Assembly: GCA_016748015.1 (NCBI GenBank)
Contig: JAAOMT010000570.1
Coordinates: forward strand, 4,043-68,042
DNA: 64,000 nt
DNA from: Geosiphon pyriformis uo1
Taxonomy: Eukaryota; Fungi; Glomeromycota
Direction of reading: 5' to 3'
Every line of letters starts with the position of its first letter. Position 1 is the stretch's first letter. The position numbers were made by a program, and so were the translations under genes. Positions 40,141-52,193 of this stretch are shown one piece after another. The notes beneath the pieces were generated by a model. That model ran no database searches. It had not been told where the DNA came from and saw only the letters and a list, made by a program, of their open reading frames with translations.

Positions 40141-40575
40141 TTAAAAACTTGTTTTCATCAAAGATGGCTACACGATTTATCCAAAGAATTGGAATTTCAG
40201 AAATTAGAATTTTCTTTCTAATTCAGTTTCTCATTCTTACCGTTTAATTGTAATTTTGTTATTAAATGTATTTTTATCAATTCTTCACCATTTGGAGGCT
40301 ACCTAATGGAATAAACTGTTGTCTAATTTCTCTGCAGATGAGAGCTTGTTTCAAAGACTAGGATTTTTGTTTGTTTTTGTAAATTTTTGTGGCCTGAAAT
40401 AAAATTAAAATTATAAAATTAAAAATCTTGACATTCGGACAATATATACATTATTAATGCTAAAAAAATTGTTTGTCTTGAGGATTATCCATTGATCTAT
40501 TGAAAATTATGTAATGATGAGTCACTGACTTAGTTACAGACGAAAAAATTTCCGTCAAAAAATTAATTGATTCAA

Positions 40576-43500
40576 ATGCCTTCAATATTGTTATGTTCCA
40601 GAGCTCCAATAAAAGTTTCAACAACTTCTAGAAGAGGCTCTTCCTGTAACTATCTTCAAACTCTCAATACTATTCATGGAATTTTTCGTCAAACTACAAA
40701 TTACTCCTCATATTCACGTGAGCCCAGAAGAAACGAGGGCTGGCGAGACTCTAAAACTTCACATAATCAAACTCGGTACCCGAACCAAATCACTACTAAT
40801 GAGAAGTACCAAAACTCTCATATAAATCCCAATACTTTTGCTTCAAGAGAGCAAAACGCACCTGAATATCTTTCAAATGCCCATGGCGCTAAGTATCAAG
40901 TTTCATCCGTAACTCAAGATAAGTCTCAAGAGACCTCTGGCCTCTCAAGAAACAAATTTTTTCATGATAAAATCGATTCTTCTCAAAAGAATTGGAAAGA
41001 TAATGAAAGAAACACATGGTACGAAGATAAAACCGCGAAGCAATCTTTTGATCATCCATCAAACTATCGGAATGAAAGAAATTTAAACCAATATCCACAA
41101 TCAACATCGCTTCCGTCTCAAAGCTTTTCTTCTAAACCGATAAATACCACCTATCCTAATACTGAAACTTCATTTCGACCGAGTCGGCAAAAAAATTCAG
41201 AGTCCACCTTTACCTACCCATTGGAGAAATCTAATTACTCGACCAAATTTACCCCATTTCAATCACGGTCATCTTCCTCCAGATTTCAAACTGAAGATAA
41301 AAAGGTCTCATTTCCGAGAAATCAATTAGAAAACTATGCATCAACGGCTTCCGATAAATTTGGAATTTCTAATGATCAACAATTTAACGGCTTGAGGCCC
41401 AGTTTAAAGCCTTCCATCTCATCTCAAAATGAAAAACTATATAAAAAAAAGTTTGAAGAAAGTACTAATGAAAAATCAAAAAATGTGAAAAAAAATATAA
41501 ATGAACAAAAGTCAAAATCGTTAATAAAAAATAATAACATCTCAAAATTTATCTCCTATGAAGATTATGTAGTAACTATTGATCAAAATCGAAAAGGAAA
41601 TCAAAAGGAGATTCAATCAAATGAATTAGGAAGTCTCGCATATAATTCAGTTCGAAATACAAAAAATGAAACTTTCCAGAAGCCCTTCCAATCAATTAAA
41701 AATATCCCTAATAAAAATATTAATCCACTAAGCATGAAAAATAGAGAGAAGAATAGGAATAAAAGGCAAAAACATGATAACAGCTTAGATGATAATGATG
41801 ATAGTAAAATGAAAAAAGAAAAGCAAAATCAATCATCACAGTCACAGTCATCCTCACCCTCACCCTCACACGTGTCTCCGATACCATCAACCAAATCCTG
41901 GGAAAATTCAGAGTCTATGAAATACTACAAAGAAAATGATCATGATTATAAAGCAGATGACTTAAATCCGGAAATAATTCCTAACGACAACAAACATGAA
42001 TATACTGAAAATCAACACTGGCACACAAAAGAAACCTTCCGGGTGGTTGATTACAATGGTAACCCGTCTCGAATTCCAAGGTCGGCTTTAACAACTCAAT
42101 ATATCAAAAACAGTGGAGCCGTTGAGAGAGCCATCAATGGAATACGTTTCCTTTACGATAAGGCAAGTATAAAGTAAATCCTTTCCCCAACTATGATCAT
42201 ACTCAATTCAAAATATTCTACACATAGCGAAACACATGATATCAACAAATTAATAGATATGAAGTTTATTGGTTCGTTTAGAATCCTTACGTATACAATC
42301 TCCAAGCTCTCTCTAACAAATTTAAACTTCACCCTTTGCTTGTTCGCCGTGTTTTGACCAATAAAACCACCCCCGAAGAAATTGTTAAAGTTTGGGCACG
42401 TATGAGGTATGGGTGAACAAAATAGGATATTATCAATATTAGTATTTTTGTTGTTGTTTTTTTTTACTTGCAAGACCAATAACCGGGATATATTTCTTAA
42501 AAGATGGATATTCCAAGGACCGTTTTTAAAAAAAAACCTCTGGAAAAAATATTTTGGTAATCTTCCACAATCTGCAGCCGAAAACTATGATCCCTATTGC
42601 CCAAACGATCCGGATCAAGTACAAAATATTCACAATAAATCGAGTTCAGATCCTAAATATCGGGGAAATAAAAAAGTCAGCACTTGGGAAAATGAACTCC
42701 AGAATTCAAAGGTATTATTGAGTGTAACCTTATATGAATTTAAAGATCTTGAAACACATATCGAATGAACACTCAATTCTTAAATGTTAAACAACAGCAA
42801 ATGTCCAAAAAATCTTGGCGACAATCCGAGAAAGAGGGATCATTATCAGAACCTATATGGCAATCTCAGAAAGGGAAATCGACGACACAATCTAGTAAAC
42901 AATTGCAGAAAGATCCATCATCCAAAGAATTTCAAAAACTTCACTCTGCATCGGGCGAAGAACAAAGAAAAGATCATTACCAGGATAGATTGCGCAAATA
43001 CAGAGAGCTTATGAAAAACCGGGGACATCTTGGTGATATCAAAATGAGCAAAAAAGGTATTTTGCGAAGATCTGTGTTAAAGCGTGATTTAGACATTAAA
43101 GAAGAGGAGCAGACAACAAAGCCGTCAATCACCTCGAAAAATTTACACGGCCTCAAGGAGCCTCCTCGCAGTTACATTGCTGATTGGCGAGATCGGCCTG
43201 CACTTCCAGAATGGTTAAAAAATAAATTTGCAGTAAAAGAAAATCTGCAGTTCCAGGGTTGGAATCCCAAAAAGAAAGTTCCGCGTGAAGACATGGAAAA
43301 GATTCGGTGGCTCCATCGTGAGGTAATTAATCTAACAAATAACCACTTTTATAGTACATATTATAACCTCATTAAAAATTTTGTTCTCTCGAGAAATTAT
43401 AGATACCCAAAGACTTTACAGTTCCAAAACTCGCAGAAACTTATCAAATCTCGGAGCAAGCTATAAAGCGAATTCTGAGATCCAATTTTCAACCTGATGC

Positions 43501-43624
43501 TAAATACATTGAGCGACAAAAAATGAAAAAAGCCAAGAAAGTTACCCAGGCTCTATCTCGATATAAGGAAAACAGGAGAAAATATCTCAACACAGCTAGA
43601 TTGACAAATGGAAATAGCAATTAG
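40576..43624 (+). CDS. RRG9: Rrg9/neugrin-like mitochondrial protein (~888 aa); proposed exons 40576-42162, 42282-42406, 42504-42711, 42798-43322, 43403-43624
   Basis: C-terminal WLKNKFAVKE...GWNPKKKVPREDMEKIRWLHRE|IPKDFTVPKLAETYQISEQAIKRILRSNFQP is the neugrin/Rrg9 signature. The N-terminus is Arg/Ser-rich and presequence-like. The joins of exons 1-3 are less certain (GC-AG intron 1, AAG acceptor for intron 2). Confidence 0.75.
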
Positions 43625-43872
43625 ATCAAATAATAGCCGGATAGTTCATGCTAGATGACTCGATCAATTTCCTGTCAACAATCTACCGCTTTATTTATTT
43701 CCTGGAACATGGTTCATAAGCCTGTTTTAAAATCTGGTTTGCAGACCCTATGAAAACTATTTCCGCTGGATTGCCTCAATTATAATTTTCGTGATACAAT
43801 ATCAAGTTGTTTTATGTGTAATTTTTTTCTTGCAAGGCTCTATTACATCAGCTCTATTCATTTTCTCCCTAA

Positions 43873-45133
43873 TTATAATTGCATATCTCCCTCACTCGTA
43901 TCATTGAGGGATAACAATTCTAACTGCCCTTTTCCTTTGGTTTCACTCTGTAGTACCTCAGAAATTGTTCGGTAGTGTCCAGGGTCGATCGCACAAATCT
44001 TTTTGAGTGATGAAAAGAAAATTCATTAATTGACAAAGAGCTCTAAAATCCAAGCTATTTATGTAGAATGGTAAATTTACCAGCTCATATTCATCTCCAT
44101 CGAAATTTTCATCTTCGGTTTGTGCGACGAGAGGCAATAATTTTTCCCGGATTCTTTTACCCTCTTTCACGTTGGGTACCGTTATACGCAACCGCATTTG
44201 TGCACGAGCAATTGGGATTATATTTTTTTCTTGGAGTAGTTTAATGATCTCTAATGCCTGAAAGCAAGCAGGTAATGTCATATATTGCCATACATATACA
44301 AGGAAAAGCTTCAGGAATAAAAATGTGTTGCTTTTTCCTTACCTGGGACTTAGTGCTGCGATTCGTTTTTACTGACATATGTAATTCACTTATTGCCTTT
44401 TCGATCATGGTTACAGTGTAGGGTCTTTTGGTGTCGGGATTTACACATTTTTCTGCAACAATTGTCGCGATTTCGCGGTGGGTGTTATCGATCTGATTTG
44501 AACGTTCTTTATCGCTTACCTGTAGCTCCCCCTTTTTCAGAATCTATGTTCAAAATGAAGTGAGTGAATGAGGCAGAAATTGACGTGAAAGTTCAAAAAA
44601 CGTATACTTCATCTACGTGTTTTAGATGACACGAGGAATAAAAAATTAAGCAAACCCTACCTCCGCAACAATTGTATTTAGATCTTCTGATTTGAACGCT
44701 TTTTGCAAATCATCTTTTGGCGCCACCTGTCCCTTTGATACATTCAAAAACACATTATTTATCTGAAGGACATTGTCCAAGTCTGTTTCACTAATAAAAG
44801 GAAAAAAATTGGAGTCAGATCAGAAATCCCTGTTCTTGAAGCCTATTGCGAATTCAGTACTTTCTGAACTGTTTTGCACATATGCGAAAATGAAGTTTTA
44901 AAAGTAATAAAAGTTTAAAACTAGAACTTACACTCCATTTCTCCATTCCAGAACTTTGTTCTTATAGCAGGCGATCTCGAACCGTTTGCCACCTTTACGC
45001 AGGCGAACTATCGAGACATTTGTCAATCTTCAACAATTGCTTTATTATCAATGTTGGTTGCAGTGACATGTAAATGTTTTCAGGACTAAGGGAAAACTTA
45101 CTTGATCTGGCCGCTAGGTTGATTTATAGGCAT
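43873..45133 (-). CDS. SDO1: Ribosome maturation factor SBDS/Sdo1 (253 aa); exons 45133-45102, 45027-44932, 44790-44661, 44543-44343, 44257-44081, 43998-43873
   Basis: [36 protein letters not shown]..., [54 protein letters not shown]; exon lengths sum to 762 nt in frame. Confidence 0.97.
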
Positions 45134-45495
45134 ATTTGGTTTTTACGCTTGAGTTGATTAACGGAATAAATTCTTTAAATGTGAACACGATCGAATCAAT
45201 TTTATGATTTATACTAGCAAAGAAATTTAAAAATAGCAGCCGCAGAAGCTTGTGTTATGGATATAAATTTGAGTGACCAAATAGGAAATTCCCACGTTAA
45301 AAAAGGACAGTGGGAAAATATTTTCCATAATAAAGACCAAAAATATTTTATGAAAAAATAATTGAGCTTTTTTTAAAACCCCCAAAAATACCGACTAGAA
45401 TCCAATTTGCTTTGGTTATCGTACTTGCTAAGAGATCTTTTATATTTTAAATGAAATTACGACATATTTCTCCATACTATTATTCTTTGATTGCA

Positions 45496-46754
45496 TTAAA
45501 TATTAGCTAATGGATCAACACTGTAGTCGATGGGATCATTTTCCAGGCCTAAATCCTCCTGTGTATGCAACAAGGGAATTAGCATCAAAGGAGAAAGTTC
45601 ATAACAGCAGGTTTCTAATCAAAATAATCTACCATGAAATCTGCAGGTTTTTTCTCCATATTTTCTGATATTAGGGAAATAATGTCCTTGGACTTTATAA
45701 AAGAACTGTAAGCTTTTTCATAAAGAAATAATGTTCAAGAACGATCTTGACTCACCAATCTCTTTCTGACTCTCCATAGCTTTCTATTCCTATCATAAAT
45801 AGCATCAATAGCATTTTTTTCTTCCGGTGATATTTGTCTGGTACCCGACTTCAGGAGCTTTAATCGTTCTTCATATTTCTTAATCTAAATTTTAAGAGGT
45901 GTTAAGATATTGATGTCTTGATTCATGTTATCATCATGATTTAATCAGAATAAATACCTCTTCAGCCAGAACCTTGAGTCTTAAAGAGCAGAATGAATTA
46001 AAGATATACTCAAGACAAATGAAAGAAATACCTTGAGAGCTCTTTAGATAAATCTTACTGCGTCTCAATCTGATCATTGGTCAGGGAAGCGTTCAGATCA
46101 TTTAATTCTGTTGAATTATATGATAGTGTATATACTAATTTAGATGTAATTCATCTTATTCTAAGTTGTAAAAAGAGGAAATACAAAAATTACGTGTTTG
46201 GATTTGTTTGTTTTTTTCTTTGTATTCAGAAATCTCCTTTTTGAAGGATTCAATTTGTTCATCCATTTTGGCCAATTCCTCGCTGGATGGAGACTCGAAT
46301 TGATCCTTATAGAGAAAAGGGACAATCTTTAATTATGTGTCATAAATAATAAAAACCCATAAGCTAAATTCTTACCTGTTTCACTACATATACCATCTGC
46401 TTGCCATAAGTCTTGCAAGTGACTTCATCTTGCCCCACGAGTGAGGTTAGCGTTTTCTGCGCTGCTGTTTTTGTCACAGCATTGTGGAGGTTACTCGAAA
46501 TGTCATCTAAAAAAATTTAGTTCAGGAATCCAAAAGATCACCATTCTTATATATTTAATTGACATCAAAGGATACTAGCGCTATATGGTCGATTCTGTTT
46601 CCTCAAGTAATCCAAGATAATTTGTTCAGCTGCATATTCATCGAAGTTATTAAAAAGTTTTCCATCTTTTAGAAGTAAGACTTGACGATGATTGATGGAA
46701 GTTAACTCTACCGTCGTCACCCTTTGCACCTGGTACTTTTTTTGTCTTTGCCAT
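45496..46754 (-). CDS. HOP2: Meiotic homologous-pairing protein Hop2 (TBPIP/PSMC3IP, 220 aa); exons 46754-46712, 46629-46576, 46506-46376, 46305-46194, 46107-46059, 45979-45958, 45884-45756, 45692-45633, 45558-45496
   Basis: ILDYLRKQNRPYSANDISSNLH...KTYGKQMVYVVKQ winged helix, coiled coil, WRVRKRL, EDLGLEND; 663 nt in frame with GT-AG introns. Confidence 0.93.
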
Positions 46755-46770
46755 TTGAACCAAATCTGAG

Positions 46771-46906
46771 ACGCGTATATTTTAAAGGGTTTGGATTATG
46801 AATGTCTATGTTACATTAACAAATCAAAATACAGTTCAGACATATCGACTGAAACAGTTATGCGAAGGAAAAATGTAAAGTAGCGAGATTTGTTATCAAG
46901 TCGCGT
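46771..46906. promoter_or_regulatory. Two MCB-like motifs upstream of HOP2 (ACGCGT 46771-46776; TCGCGT 46901-46906)
   Basis: Motifs seen directly in a CpG-poor region; function inferred from fungal MBF/MCB biology. Confidence 0.35.
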
Positions 46907-48060
46907 ATTTTATTTAGGAAGTGAGCGTGATTCTATGACTAATCATGACTAGTCTTTTAAAAATTCCACTCCCTTAAAAATTCTTACTTTTGTTATTTTT
47001 ATTTTTATTTTTTAATTTCATTCATGCTTTATTTAAAAAGTTTTGTTTTGTTTGTTTATTATATTGAAATAATTTTAAGTTTTTTATGTCTTATAAATTT
47101 AATTTGCTTAAATTTAATAAGCTAATAAATAATAATAATTAAAATATTAATTTTAGCTAAAATTTAAAATAAAAATATTTATAAATATTAAATTAATTAA
47201 TATAATTAATAATATTTTATTTTTAATGATACTTTTTATAAATAAATTAAAAAACAGTTTGTTTATTTTATAAGTACAGTCTAAATTAATTAAATTAAAC
47301 AAAAAAAACAAAATTTTATATTTTTATTTTATTTTAGTATTTGAAAATTTTAAAAAAAATTATTAATTAATTAAATATGTTATTTACAAAAATATGTTTT
47401 AATATTTATATTTTTATTATCTAAAATACTAATATTAAATTTTTTTAAGAAATTAACAAATTTTTTAACCATATTATTAATTTGTTTTTAAAGAGTACTT
47501 TAATTTAATTTTCTATTTTTGTTATAGATTTAATAGTAAAAAATATATTAAAAAAAATTATAAATTCTGTTTGGTTTTATAAGATATATAAAAACTTATA
47601 ATTTTTTTAATTAGTATTATTTAAAAAACATTTTAATTAAAATTAAAATATATAAAAAGTTTTTAAAATTTTTTGGTAATATTTACAATAATAAAATTAA
47701 TTAAATTATAATAAATTATAAACTAATAAATAAATACAAAATATATAAAAATTTAAACTAAAATAAAAATTTTTTTTACTATTTTAAAAAATTTTTTATG
47801 ATTCTTTTTTTTGTAAAGTAAAAAACATAAAAATTTATATAAATATTAAATTAACTTTAAGTTTATTGTCAAAACTAATAAAATTAAAAATCAAATTAAG
47901 TTGATATTTTGTTTAATAATTAAAGCTTTTATTAATAATACAATATAAATAAAAAATAATTAAATTGTTATTTAATATATTCTAAATATTATAAATAAAT
48001 TTTTTTTGAAAGAAGTTTTTTCTGTTTTTCATCATTCTGTTTGCTAATTCCAAACCATTT

Positions 48061-49870
48061 GTGCTTGATTACGAGTCTACTGTTGGCCTTAGTATCGCAG
48101 TTCTAAATAAGTCTATTATAGAGCCTGGCTTTAACATTGGTGTCAAGTTTGCTGAATTCAGAAAGAAGAGAAAAAGTGGTGTTTTGGAGGATAATATTGG
48201 TAATAGAAAACTCATTGCTACTAAGGTATCAAGTAGTCATTCTTGGAGTTCTGAAACTGGTAATACTACTGAATCTGATAATGTAGATATGGAGGAGAAA
48301 TGTTTAGTTAAGGAAACCAGCTTTGATCATAGAGATGGTAGAGCTTTTGCTGGAAAGAAATTGGAACAAACACCTAAAAGTTTGAAAATTCTTACTAAGA
48401 GAGCACTTGGAAAACCACTGGGAAAAATTACTTCTTAGATGATGATATTAATGATGTACTTTCGGACAAATCTGTGGTTCTCTCTCCTCCTTTAAAGAAC
48501 TTGGTCAATGTTTCTGTCAGGAAGTTTTTCACTTTGGACATTAGCTTGAATAATGTTGTTAAGAAATCCACTCAGGAAAAGCTTGTGGTGGTCAGAAAAC
48601 TATTTTCAAAAATCAATGGTTTTGGGGGGGTCTCTACCTTCTCAAAATTTGCTGGGATTGTTAGAGCGACATTTACTTCTAAGTTGAGTTTAATGAAAGC
48701 TACTAAGTTGTTTACTGATGTGAAGATTCTGGTGAATACTGATTTTAAAAAATCATTTGGGCATTCAGATCGGGCTGTGGTGGTAAAAAAAATTCCTGTT
48801 GAAACATCAGTTGAGACTGTGCATACTGCACTTTCCGAATTTGGGATAATTAAATCAGTCAAGATGTAACTAGTGGGCCTATGGCAGAAAGTGATCGTCA
48901 AATTTAAAGATCAGAATTAAACTGATCTTTTGGCTTTCAGATAGTCCATCCTCATTGGGAAAGATGCTGTTCATGTGGCTAAAGCCAATCTTGATAAACA
49001 AATGTGGAACTCTAAAGATCTGTATAAGACGCTGTTTTATACTCTTCCTGTGGGAACCAATGATCATAATATCTGGGATTATATTGGTTCTGTAGATGAG
49101 AAGACTTGTGTAATTGATCATTATCTAGTCACATATGCTCGAGCCAGATGTGCCACTGTTTGTTTTGAGTCAGCTGAATTATTGGATGCTGTTATGGATA
49201 CTACTCCTGTATTAAGAGATGCTCATCTTTATTGGTCTCATCTTGGTTTTGTGGTGTGTGTAAAGTGTAGTAAGATGGGTCACACTTCTCTGAGCTGTGC
49301 TTCTGGTAAGAAGATTTTTTCTGGTAGTTTGTCATATCGGGTTCTTTCAGATGCAGATAAAAGCAGACTGGTGGCCATTTACATCAAATGTTTAGTGCCA
49401 GTTTTTTATTCTATCTCCTTTGGTGGTGTTTCATGGGCCAAGATTGTTGTTGGGTCCTCCTTTCCCTCTTTTCCTGTTCAGAATGTTTTGTTGAATAATA
49501 GATCCTCTTTGGAGATGGAGTCTACCCCACATGTGTCTTTGCTCTTGAGTGCAGTCTCACCAGCCTCACAGAGCACATAGATGAGATGGTTAAGAGATTA
49601 GATGCATCTGGGCCAACAGTTTCTCAGCTTAGCCCTGGATGTTAGCCATTGGTAACCCTTTCATTACAGAATCAAAGAGTGGATATAGTGATGAGTGAGG
49701 GTTTGGGTGTAACTACTAGTGGTGAGACTGTTGCAGAAGTGGTGGGTTTTGATCCTACAGTCATGTCAAAAATAGAGGAAACATTAAACAATCTTTTAAT
49801 TACAGTTATGAGCTTTTTGGCTAAAATGAACAATGCTGGTTCGGTTTCTATTATTCATTCTTCTCAATGA
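48061..49870 (+). pseudogene. LINE ORF1 with CCHC zinc knuckle
   Basis: CVKCSKMGHTSLSC knuckle; RRM-like VVVKKIPV...ALSEFGII segment; frameshifts and stops. Confidence 0.8.
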
Positions 49871-51054
49871 CAGATTTGATTTGGAAAATTGCTATGTGCA
49901 ATGTTCGAAGTATCAATGTCTCTGCTAAACAGAAAGACATTGTTTGTTGGCATAGGAAATCAGGAAATTTGGTCTTGATTGTTATGGAAATGAAATTAAG
50001 GTCTAGCTGTAAACTGTGGATTAAGGATAGATTTAATGGTGTTCGGGTTTTCACTTCTGGTTTGAATGCGGGTTTTCTTGGTGCTGGTGTGGCCATAATT
50101 ATGAACATCTTTTTAGCTCGTTATGTGTGTAAAATTTCTGAGGTGCCTGATCAGCTTTTTTCTATCAAATTGCTTTTTAAAAATAAGCTGTCAGTGTCAA
50201 TTTTGGGGCTTTATGCTGGTGCTTCCCTGGCTGTTCATTTTGCTTAAGCAGGTAAAGTCAACTTTTTGATTGTGAAGACTGTAAATGAGTCCTTTTTTGT
50301 TATCTTGGGTGGTAATTTCAATGAGAATGGATCTTACAAATGCATTAGTTTTAAAAAATGCTCTGATTTTGGTCTGGTCAATTCTTTGGGTAGGAGTTCA
50401 TTCATGAGGGTACCAACATAGAGCAATTTTCAGAGTGTCTCAAAAACGATTAATTACATGTTTGTTTCTTCAAGTTTGGCCAATGCAGTTGTGTATCATG
50501 GTGTTTTGGATGTTAGTGAACATTTTGACACTGATCATCAAGCTGTTTCTGTGTCCATGAGTTTGGGTGGCTTGTTAGATATGCAGTTGAATTTTTTTTA
50601 CAAGCAAGCAAATAAAAATCATTGGAAGTTCAATTTTAAGAGTGCTAATGATACAATGTGGACCAGATTTAAGGATGCTTTAGCAGCTAATGCCGCCATG
50701 TTCTCTGATGATTTTATTACTTCTAAGCATTTTCAGATTTGGATGTAATATGGGATATTGTTCGCAAGTCTGTTATGTTATCAGCTAACAAAATATTCAA
50801 AAAGAAATGGTTTAAGGACTCTGGTCACATTTTTACCAAAGAATCTTCAAAGTTTCATAGATTAGAGCTTTTGGTTTCAAAAATTGTTAGGGCTTCTTAT
50901 AAAGCTGATGTTGACAGTTTTGTTTTTCTTATGAAATATTGGTGTTCTCTGGACAGTGTTAAGGCTTTGGTTATTCAGGATTTAGTGGACTCTGGTGCAA
51001 CTTTTGATCATGTTCATTCAGCTTTCTGTGTTATCAGAAAATCTTATTGCACGT
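49867..51054 (+). pseudogene. LINE ORF2 5' part: APE endonuclease
   Basis: WKIAMCNVRSIN, MEMKL, GLYAG, GGNFNE (from GDFN), TINYMF (from IDY), TDH; the ATG overlaps the ORF1 stop as ATGA. Confidence 0.88.
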
Positions 51055-52137
51055 TGTTACCTGAGTAGAAAAACCGATCCAAAGTTATAAAGAAACGTGA
51101 CCAAAACATGATATAACACAGAATAACACGCAATAACATTGGATAATGTGTTATAATGTAGGATAACGTGTTATAATGCAGGATAATACAGAATAGCATG
51201 CAATAATGTAGGATAATGTGTTATAATACAGTATAACACAAAATAACATGTAATAACATCAGATAACGTGTTATAACATAGGATAACTAGTGATAACATA
51301 GAAAAATGAAGCAATAACAGAAACAACAAAGCAATAGCTAGTGATAGTAAGACAATTGAAAGCAATCCTGTAAAATCAAAAGAATGTATAAAAGCAAGTA
51401 GTTATAGAAGTGAGAAAAGACAGACAGATAGATACAAACCTCTAGACCAGAATTAAAATATCTATACTCTTTCATTCTTTATTATCTTCCCTATTTCATC
51501 TCCTGAAATAAACCAATTATTAAAGAAATCAGAATCACAAATTCATGTTCTCAAACTTCATGGAATTTACATGAATTAACCCTTGTCTCATACCTCTGTT
51601 CTAGAACAGATGCTCTTAGCATAACCGCCTCAAACTTATTAATGATTTGGACCAATTGCTCTTGATTACGGTGATTGACAATACTAATTTATCTTTTCTT
51701 TCTTTTCTTTTCTTTTCTTTTTCTTTTTCTTTCTTTTTCTGTCTTATTTTTGTGGAGCGGCAACATAGTAAAATCGACTGTCTGAGAATAGACTTCATGA
51801 TAACCTGGTAAAAGAGGGAAGCTCCCCCTAAGTTTTGGATATTAACATTATCTTGTTAGCTTACCAGAAGGGTGAAAAGACAATGCCAGACCCTAATGAC
51901 TGTACTCGTTAACTCGGAGAAGAAAACTCACATTTATGAAAAACATTGCAATCGACAAAAGACAAACTCTGTGCCTTATAACCAAAGAACTCAACAGGTA
52001 AAATTCACATCTAGGAATAGACCTTCAAAGACTGATAATCAAGACTAAGCCAACAAAATTATGCGGAAAATGTATCATTAATAATTAAGAACCCCCAACG
52101 TTACCATTTCCCATACCCACCAAGTTTATTCATAACA
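51055..52137 (+). repeat. 5' LTR
   Basis: Direct repeat of 60197-61274; TG...CA. Confidence 0.96.
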
Positions 52138-52139
52138 TT

Positions 52140-52157
52140 TGGTGCTCCCTGTGAGAT
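52140..52157 (+). other. Primer-binding site, probably for elongator tRNA-Met
   Basis: TGGTGCTCCCTGTGAGA, 2 nt after the LTR. Complementary to ...CUCACAGGGAGCACCA, which resembles eukaryotic elongator (not initiator) tRNA-Met 3' ends as I recall them. Confidence 0.7.
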
Positions 52158-52193
52158 TATAAATCCACAGAGACAGAGCACCCCCAAAAATAC

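Noticed and set aside
51171-51365. Hydrophobic signal-peptide-like minus-strand ORFs in both LTRs (also 60313-60507)
   Set aside because: Produced by the A-rich 10-bp array; no ATG start; the differences between LTRs show no coding constraint
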